A stretch of 64,000 nucleotides of DNA from NCBI GenBank assembly GCA_020631815.1, contig JACKGW010000004.1:112184-176183 (forward strand). The letters are read 5' to 3'. The notes under the pieces were generated by a model that did no database searches, was not told the DNA's origin, and saw only the letters and a list, made by a program, of their open reading frames with translations. This document shows, one piece after another, positions 19,568 to 29,426 of the stretch. The position numbers and the translations under genes were made by a program. How positions within the stretch are numbered: position 1 is the first letter of the stretch; each line of letters opens with the position of its first letter. Origin of the DNA: Planctomycetota bacterium. GTDB lineage: Bacteria > Planctomycetota > PLA2 > JAEUHO01.

Positions 19568-19811
19568 GAGTCATCTCCCAGCTGGTTCCGCCTGAGGACG
19601 AGGCTACAGCCGGGGCCGGCAGACGTGGCTTGTCGAGCTGCTTCGAGACGGAGCCAGGGGAATCCGCGCGTAGGACATCGACGCCAACATCGTCGCGGCA
19701 AGGGGGAGGTGGGATTGATGTAGCGGCGTGGGATGCGCGCGTCGGCGGCTTCGCCACGGGCCTCGGCCAGGACGGCGAGGGCATCCCCGCCCGGGTCACC
19801 GTGACGCAGCT

Positions 19812-21503
19812 TCAGCGGGCCAGGTACTGCCCCCCGTTCTCGGCGGCGAGTCGCTCGAGGAACGGCTTGTTGTGGTTCTTGCCGACGCCGATCGTGTGGA
19901 TCGTGATGCCGCGGGTCTGGTTGAGGCGGTTCACCTCCTGCAGGATCACGTCCGGGCGAACGAACTTGCCGCGCGAGGGCGCGCCGTCCGTCATGAGGAA
20001 CATCGTGTCCGCACCACTCTGGCGGTTCTTGCGGTCGCTGGAGCCGCTGATGACGTTGAAGGCCTGCTCGATGGCGTCGTAGATGTTGGTCTGCATCTGC
20101 GGCTGGACGTGCTCGTCGATCCACTTGAAGGCCTTGTCCTTGTTGGCTGCCGTGGCCACGACCATGCGGCCTTCCTTGAACACCAGCACGTCCGTCGAGA
20201 AGAGCACGATATTGAACGTCGCCGCACCGCGCTCGTCCTCGTCGACGGCGGACAGACCACGAAGCGCGCGCTTGAGCTCATCGCGGCAGACGTCGATCTT
20301 GGCCGGCTGGTCCGCCGGGTCGTCCTCCTGGCGAGCCATCGACCCGGAGACGTCGGCGACGAAGATGATGTGCTTGCTGTCCGTCTCGATGCCGTAGAAG
20401 GACGTGCCGCCGTCGTTGGACTCGGTCAGGATCGGCAGCTTGGGCGGATCGTCCCAGACCGGCCCGGGCTCGCGCGGCACACGCTCCCAGCGCGCCAGCA
20501 CGTCTGCCTTGTTCGCGGGCCACCACGACTGCCACGCCATGACGATGGCCTTGACGGGCTCGCTCACGATGCTGGACATCGTCTGGAAGATGCGCCGCCG
20601 AACGACGCCCTCCTCCTTCTCGGCCTGGGCCAGGAGGGCCTCGATCACCTCGGGATCCCTGTAGAAGATGAGACCGTCGAGCGAGGCCGAGCGCAGCTGC
20701 CAGTCCTCGTGGCCGAGGAACCCGAGCAGGATCTCCTTGCCACGCACGGTGTTTTGGCGACCGAGCGCCTCGAGCGCCGCCTCGACCAGGAGCGGATCGC
20801 GCTCCTGCGTCTGCTCCTCGAGCGCCTTCGTCACGGCCTCGCCGCGCACGAAGCCCAACGTCGCGATCATCTCGGCACGTTCGAGGCCTTTGCCCTTCTC
20901 GGCCGCGCGGACCAGCTCACCCACCGCCCGCTCGAACTCCTCGCCCTCGATGTCCTTCAGGATGCGGGCGGCCCCCATCCGCACCTGCCTCAGCAGGCGG
21001 CGCTCGGCATTGGCTTCGTCGTACTGACGCATCAGCTGCTCGTGGGCCGCCACCATCTGGCCGGGACGCTTGGGCGGCGCGCCCAGCCAGCGCCCCTCCT
21101 CGCTGGCCAGGTTCACGATGAACGGAGGCACCGGCTCGCCCTTCTTCTCGTAGCGCTCGCGGTGCTTGCGCATGGCCTCCTCGCGCTGGCTCTCCATGCG
21201 CGAGGTCTTCTCCTGCCACTCGGCCATGCCCTCTTCCCAGGCCTCGAAGAGGTCGTCCGTGTGCTTGCGCTGGGAGGTCACGGCAGACATCAAGAGCTTC
21301 ACGCCCCGCCCGTCCTTGGAGCGGGCCACCTGCTTGAGGGCGCCCTCCCGCTCGGCGCGGCCGGACTTGCCCGGACGGAAGCTCTTCTTGAACTGGCCCT
21401 CGATGTCGCTCCAGTCCGCGCTGGCCGCGGCGACCGGGCGCAGCGGCGTCCCACTCGTCAGGAGCGCGAGTAGGGCCGCAACGAGCACGAGGTTCCGCGT
21501 CAT
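19812..21503 (-). CDS. Secreted HEAT-repeat / von Willebrand factor A (VWA) domain protein
   Basis: The start is set at MTRNLVLVAALLALLTSGTPL (signal peptide), rejecting the 228-codon upstream extension of the track ORF. The middle has HEAT-like repeats (LVEAALEALGRQNT ... LRSASLDGLIF). The C-terminus has a VWA MIDAS motif (IIFVADVSGSM ... MTDGAPS ... IHTIGVG). Confidence 0.7.
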   Translation of the reverse strand: MTRNLVLVAALLALLTSGTPLRPVAAASADWSDIEGQFKKSFRPGKSGRAEREGALKQVARSKDGRGVKLLMSAVTSQRKHTDDLFEAWEEGMAEWQEKTSRMESQREEAMRKHRERYEKKGEPVPPFIVNLASEEGRWLGAPPKRPGQMVAAHEQLMRQYDEANAERRLLRQVRMGAARILKDIEGEEFERAVGELVRAAEKGKGLERAEMIATLGFVRGEAVTKALEEQTQERDPLLVEAALEALGRQNTVRGKEILLGFLGHEDWQLRSASLDGLIFYRDPEVIEALLAQAEKEEGVVRRRIFQTMSSIVSEPVKAIVMAWQSWWPANKADVLARWERVPREPGPVWDDPPKLPILTESNDGGTSFYGIETDSKHIIFVADVSGSMARQEDDPADQPAKIDVCRDELKRALRGLSAVDEDERGAATFNIVLFSTDVLVFKEGRMVVATAANKDKAFKWIDEHVQPQMQTNIYDAIEQAFNVISGSSDRKNRQSGADTMFLMTDGAPSRGKFVRPDVILQEVNRLNQTRGITIHTIGVGKNHNKPFLERLAAENGGQYLAR

Positions 21504-21874
21504 GGGCAGGGTCTCCTGAAGGACTCCCAGGGTCTGTCGGGGAGCACCCCGTCGCATGGGCTGGGGAGCCGAGGTAAGCCACAGGCACGACGTGAGTCCG
21601 GGCCCGAGGCGGTCTGCATGCCGCCGGGGAGCCGGTTTCCAGTCGGGCCGTGACGCCGCGAGAGACCTGGCTGCGACAGCAGCAGCGCTTCTCGGACGGG
21701 CCTCAGTGTGGCCGAGATGCACCCCGAATGCAGGCCCGCTCTTCGCCGCACGCCTGCATCGACCGTTCGGGGAGGCGCTCCGCCCCCCCGAGGCGCGTGG
21801 GGACCGGGTCCCGGCCCGGACGCACGCCGGCAGCGGGGCATCCACGCGCCCCACGGCCGGCTTGTAGGCGCGGA

Positions 21875-24133
21875 TCAGAAGCGGATGGCAAGCGAGAGGG
21901 ACCCGTAGAGCTCGCGCCCGGCCCCCGGCACGATCTGGTTGTCGCGGTGGACCAAGTAGACCTCCTCGTCGAGGGCGTTCTTCGCCGTGACGGCAGCATC
22001 GACTTCCAAGGTCAGGCAGGACACGCGCCAGCGCTTGCGCCACCCGGCCCGCACTTCGACGAGCCAGTCGGCAGGGCTGCGGATGGTGTTCTCCGCATCG
22101 GCCCAGCTCGCACCGTGGTGCAAGGCCTCGACGACACCGTAGAGACCCGAGCGGTGCTCGTAGCGCAGGCCGACGTTGCCAGTCCACTCGGGGACGTGGG
22201 TCGTCGAGCTCCCCTCGTTCTCACCGTCGACGAACTCGCTCTCCTGCCGGGTCATCGAACCGAACGCCGACCATCCGCAGAGAGCGCGGCTGCAGCGCCC
22301 GAGGTCGGCCTCCAAGGTCAGGTCCACACCCTGGCTCTCGAAGCCACCCAAGTTGGTGTAGATGTCCGTCAGCGGGTCGTAGTCGAGGAAGTCGCTGAAG
22401 TCGACGTGCCACAGGGCCAAGCTTCCGGACAGGCAGCCGCATCCCAGCAGGTTCTTGCTGTTCAGGCCGACCTCGACATTCGTCCCGTGCTCGAAGTCCA
22501 GCTCCTGATCGGGGTTGTTGAAGTCGTAGCCCCAGATCTGCGGCGCCCGGAACGAACGATGCCAGTTGCCGAACAGCGCCAGCTGGGGGGAGAGCTCGTA
22601 GCTCAGGGACACGCCTGGGAACACCTCCACGAAGTCGAAGTCGAGCGAGTTCCCCGTGATCTTGTCCGTTGCGCGGGAGTCGGGAATCCACTCCAGACGT
22701 GCGCCGGCGGTCAGCGTCAGGCAGCCCCACCGCATGGTGTCGTCCAGCCAGACGGCGATCGCGTCCGTTTCGGTTCGTGCATCCTGGGTCGTGTTGCGCG
22801 CGCCACCACCGATCGGATCCTCGAAGGTCGTGCGGTCACAGCGCTCGTAGTGATAGCGCATGCCGTAGTGCAGGACGTGGCTGCGGCCACCGCCTAGGGC
22901 CACTTCGCCCTCGACCCCGACTTCGGCCGTGATGTTGTCGCTGTCGGCGCTGCGCACGGACGTGAACGGCGGGCCGCTCGTAGGGCGCAGGCTGTCGAGC
23001 ATACGTCGAGCCAAGCGGTAGTGGGCATACACCTCGGTCCACGACCCGCAGCCCCACTCCCGGTGCATGCGTGCGGTTCCGCCATACGCCCAGCCTTCCC
23101 AGTCCGCCTCGGGGAGGGTGAAGTTCTGGGTGCGGTCGGCTCGGTACTGGTCCCACGTCAAGCGGCTCTGCAGCTCGTGCACGTCCCGCCAGTGGAAGCC
23201 CTCGACTTGGATCCACGTACGGCAGTCCAGATCGCGTCGCACCTTGAGCGCGACCTCGTTGACGTGGAAGTCGCTGTTCTGGCGGAAGGTCGCGCCGGAC
23301 TTGTGGACGCCTTGAACGAGCCAGCTCCAGGGACCGGAGCGATTCCCGGCTTCCGTCAGTGCGGCCACGTAGCCGTGGCCACCGAACGTGACGCGCGTGT
23401 CGAAGAAGCCACCGTCCGGGACCGGGCGCGTGAGGAAGTTGACCACGCCGCCGATCGTGTTGGGGCCGTAGCGCAGGGCATGCGCGCCACGATGGACTTC
23501 GGCGGCCCAGATGCGCTCGGGGGCAAAGGGGAAGATCGAGAGAGCGGTCCACCCGTAGGCGATCGTGCTCCAGTTGATCCCGTCAACGTGGACGGCCGTG
23601 TACTCGGTGAACCCGTTGTCGGGCATGCCGCGCACGCTGATGGACGGTCGCAAGTGCTCGTCGCCGCTGTAGAGCCGGCTGGAGACACCAGGGAGGCGAC
23701 GCGCCACCTCCTCCACGCTGATTGGCGTCGCTTCTTCGATGCGCCGCGGGGACAGCACCTCGTGCGTGCCCGTGCGACGAAGGACGGGCTGCGGCAGGGC
23801 CGCCAGCTCCGAGGCCGAGAGGCCGCCCGATCCCCCCCGTACCGCGCGTCGAGGGGTTCGCTGCAGATCCACGGGGCCCATGGCTTGCGGCCGACGTGCG
23901 ACGACGTCGACGGCGCCGACGTCCACGGAGCCCTCACGGTCCTCCATCGCGGAATCGGACGCGGACTCCTCCACGCCTGCCGTCGTTGCAGCCTCGTTCG
24001 CCACGCCATCGTCGTCGGCACGGGCCGCAGTCGGCCACGCGCTGATGGCGAGCAGGAACACGGCAAGCCCGCGGAGCAACCCCGACCAACGACCTCGAGC
24101 AGCCCGTAATCTCCAACCGAAACCGTACGACAT
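21875..24133 (-). CDS. TonB-dependent outer-membrane receptor
   Basis: Signal peptide (MSYGFGWRL ... LAISAWPTAARA), then a plug domain (VLSPRRIEEATPISVEEVARRLPGVS ... ISVRGM). This is followed by a long beta-barrel ending in the typical C-terminal aromatic (LSLAIRF). The start may alternatively be at MRGARKRR (24172). Confidence 0.75.
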   Translation of the reverse strand: MSYGFGWRLRAARGRWSGLLRGLAVFLLAISAWPTAARADDDGVANEAATTAGVEESASDSAMEDREGSVDVGAVDVVARRPQAMGPVDLQRTPRRAVRGGSGGLSASELAALPQPVLRRTGTHEVLSPRRIEEATPISVEEVARRLPGVSSRLYSGDEHLRPSISVRGMPDNGFTEYTAVHVDGINWSTIAYGWTALSIFPFAPERIWAAEVHRGAHALRYGPNTIGGVVNFLTRPVPDGGFFDTRVTFGGHGYVAALTEAGNRSGPWSWLVQGVHKSGATFRQNSDFHVNEVALKVRRDLDCRTWIQVEGFHWRDVHELQSRLTWDQYRADRTQNFTLPEADWEGWAYGGTARMHREWGCGSWTEVYAHYRLARRMLDSLRPTSGPPFTSVRSADSDNITAEVGVEGEVALGGGRSHVLHYGMRYHYERCDRTTFEDPIGGGARNTTQDARTETDAIAVWLDDTMRWGCLTLTAGARLEWIPDSRATDKITGNSLDFDFVEVFPGVSLSYELSPQLALFGNWHRSFRAPQIWGYDFNNPDQELDFEHGTNVEVGLNSKNLLGCGCLSGSLALWHVDFSDFLDYDPLTDIYTNLGGFESQGVDLTLEADLGRCSRALCGWSAFGSMTRQESEFVDGENEGSSTTHVPEWTGNVGLRYEHRSGLYGVVEALHHGASWADAENTIRSPADWLVEVRAGWRKRWRVSCLTLEVDAAVTAKNALDEEVYLVHRDNQIVPGAGRELYGSLSLAIRF

Positions 24134-24381
24134 GGTGCCTCCCGCTGCGCGTCGTTTCCGTGCGCCGCGCATCACTGTGTCGACGTCGCGTGGAGCAAGG
24201 CCCGGACCAGGGCCAAGTCGAATCGTTGGCGACACGCTACGGGCGTCGCGACGTGCAGGTATGTCCCGACTTGTTCCCAATGCGCCGTAGCAGGGGGAGA
24301 CCCGCGTGTGACGCGCACGTATCGATCGGGGCGCGCCGGGGCCATGTTGGGCGGTGGCATCGCGCTTGCACCTCGTGCTGC

Positions 24382-27195
24382 ATGTCCTCCATCGATGACA
24401 GCACACGCACTTCGTTCCGCGACGACGCGCCCTGGGCGGCTTGGCGAGCACGTCGCCTGCGAGCGCCGCTGGCCCTGGCCCTCGTCACCTGCTTGGTGGG
24501 CCTGCCGGGCACGAGAGGCCTGGCGCAGCCCGACGTGCGTGGATTGAGGGACGAGCTCCGCGTGGGCATCTCGGCGCGCCCCGGGCCACACAGCATCCTG
24601 ACCCCGCTCGTGTACTGGGGCGGCTTCGTCACGAAAACGGCCGTTTACGACGGTCTGACGCGGCCTGCCGCGGATGGCTCGATCGAGCCCGGCCTGGCGG
24701 CGAGCTGGGAGATCGGAGACGGCGGTCGGCGCATCGTCCTGCACGTGCGCGAAGGCGTCGTCGACCACGCGGGACACGCGTTGGTCGCCCAAGACGTGGT
24801 GGACCACTTGGAGCGATGGCGCGGCAATCCCGGAAGCCGCTGGATCGGGTCGACCGAGCGCATGACGGAGATTCGCGCCCTCGATCCCCGCACGGTCGAA
24901 GTCCGGCTGCGCGAACCGTGGCCCTTCCTCGAGGAGTGCGCCGCGGCGATCAACCCGGCCTACGTCGTGCCGCCCGACGCGTACGACAACGAAGGCACGT
25001 TCGTGGCCACGGTGGGTACGGGCCCCTTCCGTCTGCTCGAGCATCGACCCGGCAAGGACGGCGACACCTTCGTGCTGGAGGCCCATACCGCATGCTGGCG
25101 TGGCGCCCCGCACGTTGGACGTCTCGTGCTGCAGGCCCTGCCCTCGAGTCCTACGTGGTCGCAGGATGCCCTCGCCGCGATCCGCGCGGGGGAGCTGGAC
25201 ATGGTGGTCGACGGGAGCAGCCCGCGGTGGGATCGAAGCCTGCTGCCACGCCTGCTCGACGATCCCGACCTCGAGGTGCATGTCGGACCGGGCTCGGCCA
25301 CGACGTGTCTCGTGCTGAACACCGCGTCGGGGCCGTGTGCGAACCGTGCCCTGCGACTTCGACTCGCAGCCTCCATCGACCGCGCGCAGCTGGTTGCGGA
25401 CGTGGAGCGGGGCCTTGCGCGCCCCGCGACGACGCTGTTCGCGGCGCCGGGCGCCGGGTGGGCGCCGATCGAGGCGCCGCCCTCGTGGCCCTCCTCGGCC
25501 CCCGACGAGGTGGTGACGTTGCGGCTCCTCTTGGCCTCCCCCGGCGATGTCCGGTCCCGGCAGCTCGGGGAAGCGCTGGGACGCCAGCTCGAGCCGCACG
25601 GCTTCCGTGTCGTGCTCCAAGCGGCGAGCGACGCCTCCGAGGCCCGCAGACGGCTGGGAGACGGCGCGTTCGACATCTTGCTGCGCGACACGTACGGCGT
25701 CCCCTACGACCCCTGGGTCACGTTGCAGGCGTGGTTCCTGAAGCGACCGGAGGGTCGAACCGCATCCAGCTCCCCGCCGGTCTGGGACGACGCGACGCTT
25801 CGCGACCTGATCCTCGCGGCGTACACGGCGCCCACCGCGGAGGAGCGCACGCAAGGGCTGGGACGCGTCCAGGCGCGCATTCGCTCGGAGGCCGCGGTGG
25901 TGCCGCTGCTGGTACCGCAGCAGGTCATCGTCTCCCGTGCGGGTCTCGCCAGCGTGCACGCGGACACGAACGCCTACGACCTCGACCTCGCCTCCGTGCG
26001 CGTGCTTGCGGATCCGCCCACACGAGGCCGCCCCGTGACGGCCCGACCGTTGGAGGTGGCCGCAACACCTCCGGGGGCCGATCCGCGCAAGGCCGCCGTG
26101 CCCCTGCCCTGTGCTGACGACTGGGACGCCTGGCTGGTCCATGACAACGCAGGCGTTGGTGTCTGGACGGTGGGTTCCTTCCAGGTCTTCGGCCATCTCG
26201 GCGCCCACGAGATCGTCGGCTTGGACGACGCCGGCAGGATGCACGTGAGCTGGTCCTACAGCGGCAAGTGGACGCCGATCGACGTCGTCAACGACGGCGA
26301 GTGGCTGGGCGGACTGGCGCACGATGACCTGGATCCGCGCGTTCCCGGCACGGAGCTCTACACGGCCGGCAAGCGGGGTCACCTGTTCCAGGTGACGACG
26401 CCTACGAACGAGCGGATGCTCGATGCACGGCGCATCGGCGGGATCGAGGGGCGCGAGATCCACACGTTGGTCGCCGGCGATCTGGACGCCGCGCACCCCG
26501 GACACGAGCTGCTCCTGTTCACGAACCCCGGTGGCCTGTACATGGCGACGCCGACGGGGCCGGACGGCACCTTCGAGATCCGCAGGCTGGAGGAGCTCGT
26601 TGGCCTCGTGCGGCAGGCGCTCCTGTTGCCCACCTTGCCGGGCGACGACGCCCGGATCGCCACCGTGGGCCGCGATGGCGCGCTCTCGCTGCTGACGGTC
26701 CATGACGGAAAGGCCCAGTGGGAGCACGTCGCCCGGGCGAGCGCAGGGCGCGGGCGCGTGGCCCTGCAGCCAGGGGCCGCGCCGCTCGGCCCCTGGGTTC
26801 TCTACACGACGCTGGACGACGGCCGTGTCGAGCGCCACGAGCAGATGGCGCGCGGCGGCCCATGGGCCACGGAGCTGATCTACGCCGGTCCGGCAGGCCC
26901 GCGTGGTGTCGTTGCGGGCCGCTTCGACGCAGACCCCGCGATCGAGACCGTGGCCGTGTTCGGCTACAGCCACAAGCTGCAGCTGCTCACGCGCTCGCCA
27001 CGAGGGACGTGGTCCGTGCGGACCATCTTCCGCGACATCGACAAGGGCCACTGGCTGTGCGTGGCGGAGGTCGAGGGCCGCAACGACACGGACGAGATCG
27101 TCGCGAGCGGATACGGCGGGCGCGTCGTGCTCCTCGCGAGGCCTCCGGGGTACGGCCGTCACGACGTGGCGCTCGACCCGGAGGGCGACCGCTGA
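24382..27195 (+). CDS. Fusion protein: family-5 solute-binding protein (DppA/OppA/NikA-like) plus a C-terminal FG-GAP/VCBS-like beta-propeller
   Basis: The start is at ATG 24382 (MSSIDD ...) with a signal-like segment (LALALVTCLVGLPGTRGLAQP). Residues about 60-560 resemble SBP_bac_5 (YDGLTRPAADGSIEPGLAASWEI ... GTGPFRLLEHRPG). The C-terminal roughly 380 aa carry about 7 repeats of the LYTAGKRGHLFQV / LLLFTNPGGLYMA / VAVFGYSHKLQLL / IVASGYGGRVVLL type. Confidence 0.65.
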   Translation: MSSIDDSTRTSFRDDAPWAAWRARRLRAPLALALVTCLVGLPGTRGLAQPDVRGLRDELRVGISARPGPHSILTPLVYWGGFVTKTAVYDGLTRPAADGSIEPGLAASWEIGDGGRRIVLHVREGVVDHAGHALVAQDVVDHLERWRGNPGSRWIGSTERMTEIRALDPRTVEVRLREPWPFLEECAAAINPAYVVPPDAYDNEGTFVATVGTGPFRLLEHRPGKDGDTFVLEAHTACWRGAPHVGRLVLQALPSSPTWSQDALAAIRAGELDMVVDGSSPRWDRSLLPRLLDDPDLEVHVGPGSATTCLVLNTASGPCANRALRLRLAASIDRAQLVADVERGLARPATTLFAAPGAGWAPIEAPPSWPSSAPDEVVTLRLLLASPGDVRSRQLGEALGRQLEPHGFRVVLQAASDASEARRRLGDGAFDILLRDTYGVPYDPWVTLQAWFLKRPEGRTASSSPPVWDDATLRDLILAAYTAPTAEERTQGLGRVQARIRSEAAVVPLLVPQQVIVSRAGLASVHADTNAYDLDLASVRVLADPPTRGRPVTARPLEVAATPPGADPRKAAVPLPCADDWDAWLVHDNAGVGVWTVGSFQVFGHLGAHEIVGLDDAGRMHVSWSYSGKWTPIDVVNDGEWLGGLAHDDLDPRVPGTELYTAGKRGHLFQVTTPTNERMLDARRIGGIEGREIHTLVAGDLDAAHPGHELLLFTNPGGLYMATPTGPDGTFEIRRLEELVGLVRQALLLPTLPGDDARIATVGRDGALSLLTVHDGKAQWEHVARASAGRGRVALQPGAAPLGPWVLYTTLDDGRVERHEQMARGGPWATELIYAGPAGPRGVVAGRFDADPAIETVAVFGYSHKLQLLTRSPRGTWSVRTIFRDIDKGHWLCVAEVEGRNDTDEIVASGYGGRVVLLARPPGYGRHDVALDPEGDR

Positions 27196-27199
27196 GGCC

Positions 27200-28039
27200 A
27201 TGGTGCTTCCCCCGAGCACCACCACCGTGTGCGCCAGGCTCGCGACGGACTGCCCGCCGACGCCTCGCGGGTCGAGAGCGCGGCCTCGGTGGGCTCCTGC
27301 GCCTTGGGCCGTTTCGGCCGTCCTCCATGGGGCGGCCGTCGCCTTGCTCGTACCCGTCGCCTTGGAGATGCCCACGCGCCCCGTCGTCCAGGCGTTGCAC
27401 CTGACCTTCGAGGAGAGCTCCGTCCCCGATCTGTCAGCCGAGGACGCGCAGCCCGTGGACCCGGCGCTCCTCGAGGCGGGGCCCCAACCAACGGCCGCCG
27501 CGCCCGTTCCGTGGGAGCCACGTCTCGAGCCACGCGAGGACGACGCACCGGACGAGCTGCCCGAGGCGCCCGAGCCGCGCGATCCGGTCGCGCGGGACAT
27601 GGCTACGCCTGCGCTGGACGAGCTCACGTCGCCGCGGCGGCCTCGGCGTCGGACCCGCACATCCGTTACCGCGCCCGGACACCTACCGTCACCCCGAGAG
27701 ACCCCTCCGGCACTTCTCCCGCCGGCTCCCCGCCCCGCACCTGCCCCTGCGCCCACCCCGCAGCCGTCCCGGTCACGGAGCGTCCCACGTCAGGCCTGGG
27801 CCCCTTCGCCAACGTCGTACTACCCGGAGCCGGCTCGGCGCGAAGGCGTGGAGGGGACCGTGCGCATCGGCCTCGACATCGCCGCCAGCGGCGCGGTGCA
27901 ACGCGCGTGGGTCATCGTCTCCTCCGGCGACGCGCGCTTGGACGATGCCGCCCGCGACCTCGGACTGGCGGTCCGGTTTCACCCCATGAGCAGCGCTGCG
28001 ATTGGCGAGCTGACGGTCCGATTCCGATTGGAAGGATGA
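27200..28039 (+). CDS. tonB: Energy transducer TonB
   Basis: The start is at the internal ATG 5 nt after the SBP-fusion stop. It has a TM anchor (AVSAVLHGAAVALLVPVAL), a Pro-rich spacer and a TonB_C domain (YPEPARREGVEGTVRIGLDIAASGAVQRAWVIVSSGDARLDDAARDLGL). Confidence 0.7.
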   Translation: MVLPPSTTTVCARLATDCPPTPRGSRARPRWAPAPWAVSAVLHGAAVALLVPVALEMPTRPVVQALHLTFEESSVPDLSAEDAQPVDPALLEAGPQPTAAAPVPWEPRLEPREDDAPDELPEAPEPRDPVARDMATPALDELTSPRRPRRRTRTSVTAPGHLPSPRETPPALLPPAPRPAPAPAPTPQPSRSRSVPRQAWAPSPTSYYPEPARREGVEGTVRIGLDIAASGAVQRAWVIVSSGDARLDDAARDLGLAVRFHPMSSAAIGELTVRFRLEG

Positions 28040-28106
28040 GGGTGCCCGAACCTCGCGATCGGCGCACCCCTTGCGTAGGGGCCGCCGTCGTCGCCAGGAG
28101 ACAGCC

Positions 28107-28448
28107 ATGCAGAAGCGCTTCCCCGGGGTCCATCGCAACGGTCGGGCGTCGCGGGACCGGGCCGTGCTGGAGTGCCTGAGTGGCATCGAGTTCCGCCTGG
28201 CGTGCAGCATCCCGTACTTGGCGGACCTGCTGGACTCCGAGGTCGACGACGTGGTGCTGGGAACGCTGGCCTACATCCGCCGCTGGCAGCTGCGCGACAT
28301 GCGAAGCGATGTGCGCCGCCTGGCCGAGGGGCGGATGGCCTCGCGCGACGTGCAGCGCGCCGCGCGCAAGACGCTGGAGCGTCTTGACCAGCCCGCCGAC
28401 GACGTCGCTGCGACGAGGCCGCGGGAGCGCTCGCAGCGCGCGGGATGA
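28107..28448 (+). CDS. Hypothetical small protein (113 aa)
   Basis: Starts at ATG 28107 (MQKRFPGV ...). No recognisable motif. Called from codon usage and frame coherence only. Confidence 0.35.
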   Translation: MQKRFPGVHRNGRASRDRAVLECLSGIEFRLACSIPYLADLLDSEVDDVVLGTLAYIRRWQLRDMRSDVRRLAEGRMASRDVQRAARKTLERLDQPADDVAATRPRERSQRAG

Positions 28449-28454
28449 CGGACG

Positions 28455-29426
28455 CTACTGCGGCGCTTCGTCCAGGCTCTCGAGCAGCTTGAGGTAGGAG
28501 TCGAACCGGAAGTCCGCGAGGCGCCCGTCCTCGACGGCGATGAGGACGGCGCATCCGGGCTCGTGCGTGTGCGAGCAGTCCGGGTAGCGGCATTCGGGGG
28601 CGATCTTCGCGATGTCGCGGAAGAGCCAGGGCACCTCGCGCTTGGGGATGCCGAAGAGACCGAACTCGCGAATGCCGGCGGTGTCGATGACGGCCCCGCC
28701 GACGTCGAGATCCACCCACGTCGAGGCGGTCGTGGTGTGCGTGCCGCGCCCCGTGACTTCGTTCACGTCCCCCACCGCCAGGCCCAGTCCGCCCTGCACG
28801 GCGTTGAGGAGCGAGGACTTGCCGACGCCGCTGTGGCCCGTCACGACCGTCACGCGACCGGCGAGCTCGTCGCGCAGCGCCTCGATGCCACGCCCGTCGA
28901 CGACGCTGGTCGCGACCACGGCGTAGCCCAGCTCGCGGTAGACGTCGAGCTCCTCGGGTTCCTCGTCGACGAGGTCGAGCTTGTTCACGACGACGATCGC
29001 ATCCAAGTGCGAGAACTCGACGACGGCCAGGATGCGGTCGACCAGCGCCGGGTTGAAGATGGGATCGGCCGCCGCGCTCACGATGGCGACGCGGTCGGCG
29101 TTGGCCGCCATGACGTGCTCGACGCGCTCGCGGCGCGTGCTGGGGCGGGAGAGGGTCGTGCGACGCGGCTCGAGGTGATCGATGGCCCCGCGGTCCTCGC
29201 CGCTCCAGTGCACGACGACGCGATCACCCACGACGGCGGGCGTCTTCTGGCCGGGCCGAGCACCGCGGTAGTGCCGCCCGCGCACCGCGCACCACAGCTC
29301 GTTGCCGGCGCCGGGAAGCTCGTCGTGTGCCTCGTCCAGCCGCACGAGGCAGCCGCGCGCATCCAGGCGCACGACGCGTCCGGTCCACGCGGGCCCGTGC
29401 GGGTCCTGTCGTCGTGCTGCGCTCAC
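28455..29426 (-). CDS. rsgA: Ribosome small-subunit-dependent GTPase A
   Basis: Circularly permuted GTPase motifs are present (VVNKLDLV, then VVTGHSGVGKSSLLNAV), plus a C-terminal Zn-finger (CRYPDCSHTHEPGCAV). Confidence 0.85.
   Translation of the reverse strand: MSAARRQDPHGPAWTGRVVRLDARGCLVRLDEAHDELPGAGNELWCAVRGRHYRGARPGQKTPAVVGDRVVVHWSGEDRGAIDHLEPRRTTLSRPSTRRERVEHVMAANADRVAIVSAAADPIFNPALVDRILAVVEFSHLDAIVVVNKLDLVDEEPEELDVYRELGYAVVATSVVDGRGIEALRDELAGRVTVVTGHSGVGKSSLLNAVQGGLGLAVGDVNEVTGRGTHTTTASTWVDLDVGGAVIDTAGIREFGLFGIPKREVPWLFRDIAKIAPECRYPDCSHTHEPGCAVLIAVEDGRLADFRFDSYLKLLESLDEAPQ

Noticed and set aside
21504-22187. N-terminal 228-codon extension of the HEAT-VWA ORF (track start 22187)
   Set aside because: The extension is Arg/Gly/Pro-rich junk with no signal peptide, whereas an internal Met at 21503 begins a textbook signal peptide. 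The extension is also partly antisense to the TonB receptor's downstream region.
24172-27756. 1194-aa minus-strand ORF opposite the SBP-propeller and tonB genes
   Set aside because: It is an antisense shadow ORF with the composition typical of non-coding frames in high-GC DNA. The sense strand has clear SBP5 and TonB motifs.
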